In this document: positions 49,883 through 59,930 of the stretch, piece by piece
Layout: every line of letters starts with the position of its first letter
Position numbering within the stretch: position 1 is the first letter of the stretch
NCBI GenBank assembly: GCA_964635825.1
Contig: CAZWQJ010000001.1
Location: 12,404 to 76,403, forward strand
Direction of reading: 5' to 3'
Length of the DNA stretch: 64,000 bases
Source: an uncultured Victivallales bacterium
Lineage (GTDB): Bacteria > Verrucomicrobiota > Kiritimatiellia > UBA8416 > JAIOPI01
Notes under the pieces: generated by a model
Database searches by the model: none
What the model was told of the DNA's origin: nothing
Seen by the model: the letters and a program-made list of their open reading frames with translations, nothing else
Made by a program: the position numbers and the translations under genes

Positions 49883-50030
49883 TTGATTCCTGCAGTAGTG
49901 CGTACCGTACCCGGACCGTCCACCATCGAAGGCTGGGGGGCAACCTTCATCACGCGGTACTGGGCGTACAGCGGGTTTCCTCGCTGCGGGATCAATCCCG
50001 GATCGCGGAACGCACTACTGCAGGAATCAA
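49883..50030 (-). promoter_or_regulatory. Perfect 20-bp inverted repeat, TTGATTCCTGCAGTAGTGCG (49883-49902) and CGCACTACTGCAGGAATCAA (50011-50030), enclosing 108 nt in the 5' leader of the PATR gene 48145..49866.
   Basis: The 3' arm of the predicted stem ends 16 nt before the ATG, directly abutting the GGGGG Shine-Dalgarno. The enclosed 108 nt contain a small hairpin, CGGGATCAATCCCG. Confidence 0.5.
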
Positions 50031-50137
50031 CGCAAGCCTTCTCCATTCCTTCGCGTCCCGTACGCCCCATCCCTGCACAACAACGGACCGCCCCGGAACG
50101 GCGATACATGAAATCTACCGCAAGCCGGCCACCCCCT

Positions 50138-50160
50138 CAAAACTATCAGTTTGGTATCAT
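50138..50160 (-). promoter_or_regulatory. Conserved upstream element, copy 3: CAAAACTATCAGTTTGGTATCAT.
   Basis: Overlaps the stop codon of 50160..51308. Lies upstream of the PATR operon 48145..49866 and 41065..48129. Confidence 0.6.
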
Positions 50161-51308
50161 CATTGGCCGGCGGTCGCGGCGGACACCAGCAGCGTGACGG
50201 CGGTCGGGGTGAGCTTCACCTCCCAACTCAGGCCCGGCGCCAGCACGGGCAAATTGGTGGCTGCGAACGCGCCGGTCACCTCCGCCCCCGTCAGGATGGT
50301 GAATCGATCACCAGCGACCGGCGCGTAACCGCGTGTCCGGACCGTCAGCGTCCCCCCGAGCGCGACCGCTCCGCTCGCCGCCAGGACGTCATACCCGCTC
50401 GCCGGCGTAGTCCCGAGAATATCCACCTCCAGAGTTCCCCCGGCATTCTGAGTGTAGCGCTTCTGGATGGAGAGCCGCCCGGCCCCGTCGCCAGGGCCGA
50501 CGATTCCATCCGAAACCACCTCGCCGCCGATGGTCCCATCCCCGCACAGCGTGGCACCGGAGGCCACCGTCACGCCGCCGGCCCCAAGCGAACCGCGAAC
50601 CAACAGGGCTCCCGCGCGAACGGTCGTGGTCCCGCTGTATGCGTTCGCGGCCGCCAGTTCCAGCGTTCCCGGCCCGTCCTTCACCAAGCTCGCCGGAACC
50701 CACGTCGTCCCCTGCCCCAAATCGGCGCCATCCGCCAGCGGCGCCGCGATCCTCAGATCCGGCTTCGCGTCGCCGGTCAGGTCGTAAACCTGCAACGTCG
50801 CCGTCGCCGGCAGATTGATGAAGTTGTGTTCGGTCGCTCCCCTCGCTTCGATCAAGGCCGGCTGCCAGTGCCGCCCGGTGACCCAAACCGTGGCCGGCAG
50901 CAGCAGCGCGCCGTAGTTGTTGTAGTGTGCATTGCGGACGAGCGCGAGCGCGCCGCCGCCGGAGAACGTCAGCAACGCCGGTTGTCCCATGTAGTTCATT
51001 TCGTTGCACGCCACCGTGCCATTGGTGCCGATGATGAGGAACAGCCCCTTCACCTGGTCCTTGTGATCGCAGGTTGCCGTGCCGCTGTACACGCAGGCAA
51101 TGTCACCGGGCACCGGCGCCGGGCCGTTCCACCCGACCGCGGTCCCGTCGCCCCAGGTGCTCGTCCCCCCGTTCCATGTCAGGCTGGCCGCCGCGGCCAA
51201 CTGGACACCCAGGGCGGCCATCCACACACCAACCCAACACCCCACAACCCGCATTGCCCGGAACGCGTACGGACGTGAATGGCTTGTCATGCGACTATTC
51301 TCCTGCAT
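50160..51308 (-). CDS. 382-aa secreted PATR protein (paralog of 48145..49866, lacking the LLMSVR tail).
   Basis: Signal-like MRVVGCWVGVWMAALGVQLAAAASLTWNGGTSTWGDG. PATR repeats (KDGPGTLELAAANAYSGTTTVRAGALLV). Its stop codon overlaps a copy of the conserved upstream element. Confidence 0.7.
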   Translation of the reverse strand: MQENSRMTSHSRPYAFRAMRVVGCWVGVWMAALGVQLAAAASLTWNGGTSTWGDGTAVGWNGPAPVPGDIACVYSGTATCDHKDQVKGLFLIIGTNGTVACNEMNYMGQPALLTFSGGGALALVRNAHYNNYGALLLPATVWVTGRHWQPALIEARGATEHNFINLPATATLQVYDLTGDAKPDLRIAAPLADGADLGQGTTWVPASLVKDGPGTLELAAANAYSGTTTVRAGALLVRGSLGAGGVTVASGATLCGDGTIGGEVVSDGIVGPGDGAGRLSIQKRYTQNAGGTLEVDILGTTPASGYDVLAASGAVALGGTLTVRTRGYAPVAGDRFTILTGAEVTGAFAATNLPVLAPGLSWEVKLTPTAVTLLVSAATAGQ

Positions 51309-51318
51309 GTCGAATTCC

Positions 51319-54300
51319 CTACTCGAACGTGATAATGGTCGTCAGCGGCAGCAACACGGTGAAGACCGCACTCCCCGACTGGCCTGCGCCCGTCACGATG
51401 AACGATTGCGCGCCACCGGTCACGGACGGTGTCACGCTGACACCTGACAACACGCCCGCCGTGAAGGCCCCCGAGGTGCCCGTGATCCCGGCCGTGCCGC
51501 TGTAGGTCACTGTGCCGCCGAAACCGGTGACGGTGTTGTTGAACGCATCCTGCGCCGTCAGCATGATGCCGGTGATGGGCGTGCCCGCCCGCTGCGGCGA
51601 CGCGATCGCCGAAATGGCAAAGTGGTCCAGCGGCCCGGGCGTGTAGCTGACGACCGACGCCGACGCCCCCACCGCCGTCCCCACCGCGGTCCCATTCATC
51701 GTGGCCACGAACGTCCCCGCCCCCGTCGCCGTCGGCGCCGTCACGGTCGCCGTGTACGTCCCGTCGCCATTGTCCGTCGTGGCGCCGACAGTGCCCGTCC
51801 CCGATTGCTTCGCAATCACCACGGTCTCGCCGCCGGCGGTCACGTTGACGTCATGGATATCCCGCCCCTGAACGGTGAGGACCGCCGTGCTGACCCCATC
51901 CGCCGCGATCAACGCCGGCGCCGCCGAGACGGTCGAATGCGCCGCATCCGCCGCAGACAGATCGAGGGTGATTGTGCCGCCGGCCGCGTTGTAGCTCACC
52001 GTGCCTCGGTAGCTCGTGTTCCCGATCACGGTGACGCTGCGGAACGCGCCACTGACGCCGCCGTTGCCGTGAGCCGAGGCGTCGACGATCGTCGCTCCCG
52101 CTATCGTGCCGCTGAGACCGGTCGTGTCGATAACCAAGTCCAGGTTGCCGCACGCGAAGGTGGCCGCGCCGTTGCTCAGGAGCACCTTGTCCGCGTAGGC
52201 GGTGCCCGTGATCGTCGTCGCACGGATGCGCAGGCTGCTGGCCGCGCCAAATGCGGGTGCGGTGGCGCTCGACAGCGTGAGCGTTCCAGGCTGCCCCGAC
52301 AGCGTGGGCTGAAGCGTGCTGCCGGCGCTGAATGCGACGGGGTTGGCGACCGTGCCGTTGCCGCCCAGCGTGCCACCACGGCGAACGGTCATGGTGCCGC
52401 CATCAAAGTTGTACGTGCCCGTGTTGAACAGCACAGCCCCCGCGTTGATGGTGAAGCTGTTGTAGCCGCCGCTGCCCGTGGTACCGCCGCTCAACACCAC
52501 CGTCCCCGGCCCGGCTTTCACGTAGTAGGCCGTGTAGGCACGCAATGCGGACCCGATCTCCAGCGCATTCGCCGTGTTCCACTGCTGGATGTAGACCGTG
52601 CCCAGATACCCCGCCTGCAGCGTGCCCCCGGCGATCCGGCTGAGGTTGTTCCCGACGTTCGGACTCACGAGGATGCCGCCGTTGCTGCCGTCGCCCACCG
52701 TGCACGTCCCCGACAAGGTCAGCGTCCGCGCCGCGGCCGCGTGGAAGCGCAGGCTCTCGCACGTCGCACCGGACACGGAGTTGTCGGCCGTCACATTCAC
52801 GTTGTTGCCCGACGCCCAGGTGTTGTTGACGTAACCCGCGTACGCCGTCACAGCGGTGTCGCTCGCCGAGGCCGCCGTCGCGGCCCAGTCCGTACCCGCC
52901 ACCGTCGCCCAGCCGCCCAGGATCCCCGAACTCTTGTTGGCCGTATCGCTGTCTGCCAGGCTCGCCACACCGAAGTCCACCGTCCCGCCATTGCTGGTGG
53001 AAACCCCGTTCATCCGCAGCGTGGCGGAGCCGCCGGATCGCACCACGCGATTCGCCCCGGACCCGAGTTGCGCCGAACCCACTGCCTCGGTGTGGGAGCC
53101 GCCGGCGAGGGTCAGCGCCGTGCCGTTCAGCGTCAGCGTCGAGGCGTCCGCCAGCTTCGAGCTATTCTGGTTTGCGAAATCCAGCGTGAACGCCCCGTCG
53201 CTGACGGTTGTGGCCCCGCTATACGTGTTCGCGCCCGACAGCACGAGCGTACCCGCGCCGGCCTTGGTCAGCCCCGCCGAACCCGCGATCGCCGCGCTGA
53301 TCGTTACGGCCTTCGTCCCTCCCAGCGCGTTCACCGTGAGCGTCGGCGTGCCGCCCGCCAGGGTCACCGTGTTGGCGGCGTTGCCGTCGTTGTCCAGGGT
53401 CCAGCCCGCCGCCGTGTTGGTGTCTACATCACCAAAGGCGAGGTCCTCGACGGTCACGGGAACGTCCACATGCACGGTGTTGTCCGCGGTCAGGTTTAGT
53501 GTGCCAAAGTACGCCGTGCGACCGGATCCGTAAGCCACATTGCCACCGCTCCAGTTGCCGGTGGCCATCCAGCTGCCGCCGCTGCCGGTGCGCGTCCAGG
53601 TGCCATCGCTCGTCGCCGGCACGCCGTACGCCGTGAACGTCACCGGACTGCCGCTCAGCCCCGCCGCCGTCGCCGTCACCGTGTAGGTCCCCAACTTGTC
53701 CCCCAGCGTCAGCGTGCTCGCGGCCTGCCCATTGCCCCCCGTCTGCGGACTCGACGCGCTGAGCGATTGCCCCACCGCACCGCCCGGAACCGTGCCGATC
53801 GCGATGCTCACCGTCGTCCCGCTCACCGGGTTGCCATGCTCGTCCGTCACCGTCACCACAAGCGGGCTGGCCAGCGCCGTGCTCATCGTCGTGCTCTGGT
53901 TGTTGCCCGATGTCAACGCCATGGCGTGCGCCGCGCCGGCGTTCACCGTGGTAATGGTCGCGGAACCGTTGTGACTGGAGCCATCCGTGACCGTGATCGT
54001 CTTCCCGCTGCCGGCGCTGGTCGCGGTCACACTCGGGCTGCTCAGCACCCCGCCCGAGAATGCGGCCGAAGTTCCCGTAACCCCCGCCGTGCCCCCGTAC
54101 GTCACGGTGCCCGCAAACGCGTTCGGCCCCGTGCTGCACGCGTTACCGTAGGCGTCCTTGGCCGTGATGCTCGTGAGCGCAAACGGCGTCCCCGCCGTCG
54201 CTGAGGCCACCGTCGCGGGTGCAATCGTGAACTGGCTCACCGGCCCCGGGTTGATGGTCGTGATCGTGGCGCTGCCGGTGTGACCAGCCCCGTCGTTCAT

Positions 54301-57018
54301 CGTGATGGTCAGACTGCTGCCCGCGTTCGTGGGCGTTACCGAGGCATTGCAGATGCCGCTCGCGAAGGCCGGCGACGCCCCCGTCACACCCGCCGTGCCG
54401 CCGAAGGTCACGGTGGCGCCGGTGTAGTCGGTCACCGTGCTGCCGCCGCCATTCTTGGCCGTGATCGTAATCGCCACCGGCGTGCCCGCCGTCTGCGGCG
54501 AGCCGATCGCATCGATGTCGAAGTGGTCCACGGCACCCACTAGCGTGATGACGCACTGCGACGCACCCACCGCCGTCCCCACCGCCGTGCCGCCCAGCGT
54601 CGCCGTCACCGTCGCGCTGCCGGACCCGACCGAAGAAGGCGCCGTCCATGTGGCCGTGTACGTCCCGTCGCCGTTGTCCGTGGCGCTGCCCACGGATCCC
54701 TCGGTCGCGCTGAAGACCACGGCGTCGCCGCCGATGCCGCGGTTGTTGTCGCTCGCGTCGCGCGCCGTCACCGTCACCGCGAGCGTGCTCACGCCACCCG
54801 CGCTCTTGACCGCCGTCACCGGATTGAGGGTGGAATGCGCGGCGTTCACCGCTCCGACCAGATCCAGCGTGATCGTGCCGGCGGCCGTGTTGTAGTGCAC
54901 CGTCGCCTCGTAGGACCCGCCATTCTGCAGCGTGACGCTGTGGAAGGTGCCGCTGACCCCGCCATTGCCATGCGCCGACGCGTCGACGATCGTCTTCCCC
55001 GCAAACCCGCCTGAAAGACCCGCCGCATCGATCACCAGGTCCACGTTGCCACAGGCAAACGCCGCGCCGGCGTGGCTCAGCACCACCTTGTCCGGCGTGC
55101 TCGACGGCGCGCGAATCTTCAACGTGCTGTAGGCGCCAAAGGCGGGCGACGAGGAACTCGCGAGGGTCAGCGCCGCGGCCGCGCCGGAGAGCGACGGCTG
55201 GATCGTCCCGCCGGCGTCCACCGTCACCGCATCCCTGTACGTCCCGTTGCCGCCCATGATGGCGCCGCTGCGAACGGTCAGCGGCCCGTTGTAGTAGCTG
55301 CTGGTGTTGAACAGCACCGCGCCCTGGTTGATGCGGAACCCATTGTAGTAATCGTACAGATCGGGAGCCCCGCCGCTGAGCAGCAGCGTTCCAGGCCCCG
55401 TCTTGACGTAGGTGATTTGGTTGTTGTTGAGCGCGCTGGCAATCTGCAGCACGTTGGCGGTGTTCCACTGCTGCAGATAGACGGCGGAGTCGGTGGTGCC
55501 CAGATCGCTGCCGCTGATGAGGCAGAGGTTGTTGCCGACTGCCGGCGTCACAAGGATGCCGCCCGCCGTGGAACTCGAACCGGCCCCCAGACTGCAGCGC
55601 CCCGTAAGCGTCAGCGTATAGGCGCCGGCGCTGTTGAACCGCAGCGTGTTGGGTGACGCCGCGCCGATCGTCTGGCTACTGACGATGTCGACATTCTGCC
55701 CGGCATAGTTCGCCGCCGTGTCGCCGCCGCTGGTTGAGGGATAGTACGTCGCCAGCGCCGTCACCGGCGTGTCGCCGGCCGAGGACGCCGTCACCGCCCA
55801 GTCCGCGCCCGCCACCGTCGCCCAGCCGCCCACGATCCCGTAGCCGTTGTTCGCGGTGTCGCTTTCCGCGATGCCCGCCGCGCCGAAGTCCACCGTGGCA
55901 TCGCCGCTCACCGCCAGCGCATTCAGCCGCAGCACGCTGCCCCCACTCGACCGCGTCACGGCACTCGCCCCGGCGTTGACCGTGAGGCCGTTGACGACTT
56001 CGGTGTACGTCCCGCCGCTCAGATCCAGCGTCGCCCGCGTCAGGCTCAACGCCGATCCCGATGCCAGCTTCGCGTTGTTCTGGCTCGCGTAGTCCAGCCG
56101 CAGCGTGCCCGCATGTACCGCCGCCGCGCCGCTTAACGTGTTGGCTCCGGCCAGCACCAGCGTGCCCGCGCCGGCCTTGGTCAAGCCTGCCGAGCCCCCC
56201 ACCGCCGCGCTGATGGTCGCGCTCATCGTCCCGCCCAGCGCGTTCACCGTGACCGTCGGCGTCGTCCCCGCCAGCGTCACCGTGTTCGCGGCGTTGCCGT
56301 TGTTGTCCAGCGTCCACCCCGCTGCCGTGGCCGTGGCGGCATCGCCAAAGGTCAGGCTGCCGATCGTCACCGGCTGATTCAGGTGAACCGTGTTATCCGC
56401 CGTCAGGTCCAGCGTGCTGAAGTCCGCCGTGCTGCCGGAGCCGTACGCGATGGCGCTTGCGCTCCAGTTCCCGGCCGTGAACCAGTCCCCGCCACTCGCC
56501 GTCTGCGTCCAGGTCCCGCTCGCGGACGCCGGCACCGCATACGCCGTGAACGTCACCGGGCTGCCGCTCAACCCCGCCGCCGTCGCCGTCACCGTGTACA
56601 TCCCCAACTTGTCGCCCAGCGTCAATCGGCTGGACGCCTGCCCGTTTGCGCCGGTCGTCGGGGCGGCAGCGCTCAGCGCCTGCCCCGACGCCCCGCCGGG
56701 CACCGTGTCGATCGCGTAGTTCACCGTCGTGCCGCTCACCGGGTTGCCATAGACATCCGTGACCGTCGCCACAAACGACGAACCCAACTGCGCGCCCGTG
56801 GTGCCGTTCTGGTTGTTGCCCGAGGTCAGGGCGATGGCGTGGGCCGACGCGGAACTCACCGTCGTGATCGTGGCCGAACCCGTATGGCCGGAGCCGTCAT
56901 CCACCGTGATCGTCTTGCCGCTGCCCGCGCTCGTTGCCGTCACGCTCGGGCTGCTCAACACGCCCGCCGAGAACGCGGCCGAGGTTCCCGTCATCCCCGC
57001 CGTCCCACCGTACGTCAC
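51319..57018 (-). CDS. C-terminal 1899 codons of the same giant PATR gene. Open frame with no credible own start or signal peptide.
   Basis: Same reading frame as 57115..62790: both ORF 3' coordinates are 0 mod 3. The 'M' at 57018 is a GTG inside continuous repeat sequence. Translation through 57019-57114 gives ATAGTPFALTSITAKDVYGNACDSGANEFTGTVTYGGTAG, which continues the repeat seamlessly. Confidence 0.6.
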   Translation of the reverse strand: MTYGGTAGMTGTSAAFSAGVLSSPSVTATSAGSGKTITVDDGSGHTGSATITTVSSASAHAIALTSGNNQNGTTGAQLGSSFVATVTDVYGNPVSGTTVNYAIDTVPGGASGQALSAAAPTTGANGQASSRLTLGDKLGMYTVTATAAGLSGSPVTFTAYAVPASASGTWTQTASGGDWFTAGNWSASAIAYGSGSTADFSTLDLTADNTVHLNQPVTIGSLTFGDAATATAAGWTLDNNGNAANTVTLAGTTPTVTVNALGGTMSATISAAVGGSAGLTKAGAGTLVLAGANTLSGAAAVHAGTLRLDYASQNNAKLASGSALSLTRATLDLSGGTYTEVVNGLTVNAGASAVTRSSGGSVLRLNALAVSGDATVDFGAAGIAESDTANNGYGIVGGWATVAGADWAVTASSAGDTPVTALATYYPSTSGGDTAANYAGQNVDIVSSQTIGAASPNTLRFNSAGAYTLTLTGRCSLGAGSSSTAGGILVTPAVGNNLCLISGSDLGTTDSAVYLQQWNTANVLQIASALNNNQITYVKTGPGTLLLSGGAPDLYDYYNGFRINQGAVLFNTSSYYNGPLTVRSGAIMGGNGTYRDAVTVDAGGTIQPSLSGAAAALTLASSSSPAFGAYSTLKIRAPSSTPDKVVLSHAGAAFACGNVDLVIDAAGLSGGFAGKTIVDASAHGNGGVSGTFHSVTLQNGGSYEATVHYNTAAGTITLDLVGAVNAAHSTLNPVTAVKSAGGVSTLAVTVTARDASDNNRGIGGDAVVFSATEGSVGSATDNGDGTYTATWTAPSSVGSGSATVTATLGGTAVGTAVGASQCVITLVGAVDHFDIDAIGSPQTAGTPVAITITAKNGGGSTVTDYTGATVTFGGTAGVTGASPAFASGICNASVTPTNAGSSLTITMNDGAGHTGSATITTINPGPVSQFTIAPATVASATAGTPFALTSITAKDAYGNACSTGPNAFAGTVTYGGTAGVTGTSAAFSGGVLSSPSVTATSAGSGKTITVTDGSSHNGSATITTVNAGAAHAMALTSGNNQSTTMSTALASPLVVTVTDEHGNPVSGTTVSIAIGTVPGGAVGQSLSASSPQTGGNGQAASTLTLGDKLGTYTVTATAAGLSGSPVTFTAYGVPATSDGTWTRTGSGGSWMATGNWSGGNVAYGSGRTAYFGTLNLTADNTVHVDVPVTVEDLAFGDVDTNTAAGWTLDNDGNAANTVTLAGGTPTLTVNALGGTKAVTISAAIAGSAGLTKAGAGTLVLSGANTYSGATTVSDGAFTLDFANQNSSKLADASTLTLNGTALTLAGGSHTEAVGSAQLGSGANRVVRSGGSATLRMNGVSTSNGGTVDFGVASLADSDTANKSSGILGGWATVAGTDWAATAASASDTAVTAYAGYVNNTWASGNNVNVTADNSVSGATCESLRFHAAAARTLTLSGTCTVGDGSNGGILVSPNVGNNLSRIAGGTLQAGYLGTVYIQQWNTANALEIGSALRAYTAYYVKAGPGTVVLSGGTTGSGGYNSFTINAGAVLFNTGTYNFDGGTMTVRRGGTLGGNGTVANPVAFSAGSTLQPTLSGQPGTLTLSSATAPAFGAASSLRIRATTITGTAYADKVLLSNGAATFACGNLDLVIDTTGLSGTIAGATIVDASAHGNGGVSGAFRSVTVIGNTSYRGTVSYNAAGGTITLDLSAADAAHSTVSAAPALIAADGVSTAVLTVQGRDIHDVNVTAGGETVVIAKQSGTGTVGATTDNGDGTYTATVTAPTATGAGTFVATMNGTAVGTAVGASASVVSYTPGPLDHFAISAIASPQRAGTPITGIMLTAQDAFNNTVTGFGGTVTYSGTAGITGTSGAFTAGVLSGVSVTPSVTGGAQSFIVTGAGQSGSAVFTVLLPLTTIITFE

Positions 57019-59930
57019 CGTGCCCGTGAACTCATTCGCGCCCGAGTCGCAGGCGTTGCCATAAACGTCCTTCGCCGTGATGCTCGTCAGCGCAAACGGC
57101 GTCCCCGCCGTGGCCTAGGCGACGGGATTCGGCGCGATCGTGAACTGGCTGACCGGCCCTGGCCGGATCAGGCCGATCGTCACCGACCCCGTGTGCTCCA
57201 CCGGCGTCGCGCCGTCGCTGACCGTGACATGCAGGCTCATCCCCGCCACAGTAGGTGTCACGCTGGCATTGCACACGCCGGCGAGGAACAGCGGCGAGGT
57301 GCCGGTCACGCCCGCGTCACCGCCGAACACGACCGTCAGGCCTGTGTAGTCGGTCACCGTCGCGTTGCTCGCGTTCTTGGCCGTGATTGTGATGGCAATG
57401 GGCGTCCCGGCCGTCTGCGGCGACGCGATCGCGTCGATGTCGAAATGATCCACCGCCGGCACAAGCGTGATCACGCATTCGTCCGCGCCCACGGCCGTGC
57501 CCACCGCCGTGCCGCCCAGAGTGGCCGTGACCGTCGCGCTGCCCGCCCCCACCGACGACGGCGCCGTCCACGTCGCCGTGTAGGTTCCGTCGCCGTGATC
57601 GGTCGTCGCGCCCATCGATCCCGCCGTCGCGTCGAAGACCACCGTGTCGCCGCCGCTGCTGCGCGGGTTGCCGTCGGCGTCGCGCGCCTGCACGGTCACC
57701 ACCTGCGTGATGGTGCCGTCCGCCGCCTTCGTCGCCGTGGCCGGGCTGAGCGTCGAATGCGCGGCCTCCGCGGCACCGGCGAGATCCAGCGTGATCGTGC
57801 CCGCGGCGGTGTTGTAATGCAGCGTCGCCTGGTACGTTCCGATTACGGTCATCGTGTGGAACGTCCCTCCGACGCCGCCGCTGCCGTGCGCCGACGCGTC
57901 CACAATCGTCGCCCCCGTGCATCCGCTGCTGAGCCCGGTGGTGTCGATCACCAGGTCCACGTTGCCGCAGGCAAACGTCGCGCCGCTGTTGCTCAGCACC
58001 ACCTTGTCCGGCGTGCTCGCCGGCGCGCGGATCTTCAGCGTGGCGTAAGCACCAAAGGACGGCGAGGTGGAACTCGCGAGTGTCAGCGTCGCGGACGCAC
58101 CGGCAAGCGATGGCTGCATCGTGCCCCCGGCGTTCACCGTCACGTCGTCCATGTAGGTCCCGCTGCCACCTAGGGTGCCGCCGTCGCGCACCGTCAGCGG
58201 CCCGTTGTAGTAGCTGCCGGCGTTGAACAGGATCGCGCCTTGATTGATCCAGAATCCGTTGTAGTAATCGTAACCGCTCGGCGCGCCGCCCGAGAGCACC
58301 ACCGTGCCGGGGCCCGTCTTCACATAGTGGTGCTGGGCGTTGTCGAGCGCGCTTTCAATTTCCAGCACATTCGCCGTGTTCCACTGCTGCAGGTACACCG
58401 CGCGCTGGTAGCCCGCGGAGAGCGTCGCACCGGCGATCTTGCTCAAGTAGTTCCCCACCGCCGGCGTCACCAGAATGCCGCCCACCACGGCGGCATCGCC
58501 GGCGCCCAACGTGCAGGTCCCGGTCAGCGTCAGGGTGTAGGCTCCCGCGCTGTTGAACCGCAGCGTGTTGGGATGCGCCGCGCCGATCGTCTGGCTGCTG
58601 ACGATGTCGGCGTTCTTGTTGTTGTAGTTCGCGGCGGTATCGCCACCGCTGCTGGACGGGTAGTAGGTCGCCAGCGCGGTGACGGGGGTGTCGCCTGCCG
58701 AGGACGCGGTCACCGCCCAGTCCGCTCCCGCCACCGTGGCCCAGCCGCCGAGGATGTTGTAGGCGTTGTTCGCGGTGTCGCTGTCCGCGATGCCGGCCGC
58801 GCCAACGTCCACCGTGGCGTAACCGCTTTCGGTCAGCGCATTCAGCCTCAGCACGCTGCCGCCGCCCGTGCGCGTCACCGCGCAAGCCCCACCGCTGACC
58901 GTCACCCCGTTGACCGCCTCCGTGTGCGATCCGCCACTGAGGTCCAGCGTGGCCCGCGTCAGCGTCAAGGCGGAGCCGGACGCCAGCTTGGCATTGTTCT
59001 GGCCGGTGTAGTCCAACCGCAGCGTGCCCGCGTTGACCGCCGCCGCCCCGCTGAACGTGTTCGCGCCCGCCAGCACGAGCGTGCCCGCGCCCGCCTTGGT
59101 CAAGCCGGCCGCCCCCCCCACCGCCGCGTTGACGGTCACCGCTTTCGTCCCGCCCAACCCGCCCACCGTGATCGTGGGCGTCGTCCCTGCCAGCGTGATG
59201 ATGTTGGCCGCGTTCCCGTTGTCGTCCAGCGTCCACCCCGCCGCCGTGCCCGTGGCCGTGTCGCCGAACGCCACACTGTTGATCGTCAGCGGAAAGTCGA
59301 GGTGCACCGTGTTGTCCCCCGTCAGATCCAGCGTGCTGAAGTTCGCCGTCCGCGTGGACCCGTACGCCACCATACCGCCGCTCCAGTTGCCAGGCGTGCC
59401 CCAGTTGCCGCCGCTGGTCGACTGCGTCCACGTCCCGTTATTGGAAGCCGGCACGGCCGCCGCCGTGAACGTCACGGGACTGCCGCTCAGCCCCGCCGCC
59501 GTCGCCGTCACCGTGTAGGTCCCCGCCACGTTGCCCAGTGTCAGCGTGCTCGACGCCTGCCCGCTGCCGGCCGTCGTCGGGCCGGTGGCGCTCAAGCCTT
59601 GACCGGACGCGCCGCCCGGGACCGCGCCAATCGCGAAGGTCACGGTCGTGCCGCTGACCGGGTTCCCGTAGCCATCCGTCACCGTCACCACAAACGGGCT
59701 CGCCAGCGCCGCGCTCAGGCTTCCGCTCTGGTTGTTCCCCGACGTGTAGGCGATGGCCGCCGCCGTGGTCGCCGAGACCGTCACGGACAACCGGTCGCTG
59801 CCACTGGAACTGATCGAACCGTCCGAGACACTGATCGTCGCCGATTCGGCCTTGTACAGCGTCATCACCCCGTTGTTGCCACTGGAGACCGTGGCCACGC
59901 CGCTGCCGAACGTGATCGGCGTCGCCGTTT
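51319..59930 (-). repeat. Three tandem ~2.9-kb (about 970-codon) repeat units inside the giant PATR gene. Units are approximately 57115-59930, 54202-57114 and 51319-54201.
   Basis: Protein segments such as AGLTKAGAGTLVLAGANTFSGAAAVNAGTLRLDY..., GGWATVAGADWAVTASSAGDTPVTALATYYPS... and PGGASGQ.LSA..PTTG.NGQASS.LTLG recur three times with ~80-90% identity. Antisense shadow ORFs recur with a 2913-2919 nt offset. Confidence 0.75.

Noticed and set aside
48145-50109. Longest-ORF start (654 aa) for the PATR gene.
   Set aside because: The first 81 codons (MYRRSGAVRCCAGMGRTGREGMEKACVDSC...) are not protein-like and contain the 20-bp inverted repeat. An internal Met at 49866 has a Shine-Dalgarno and is followed immediately by a signal peptide.
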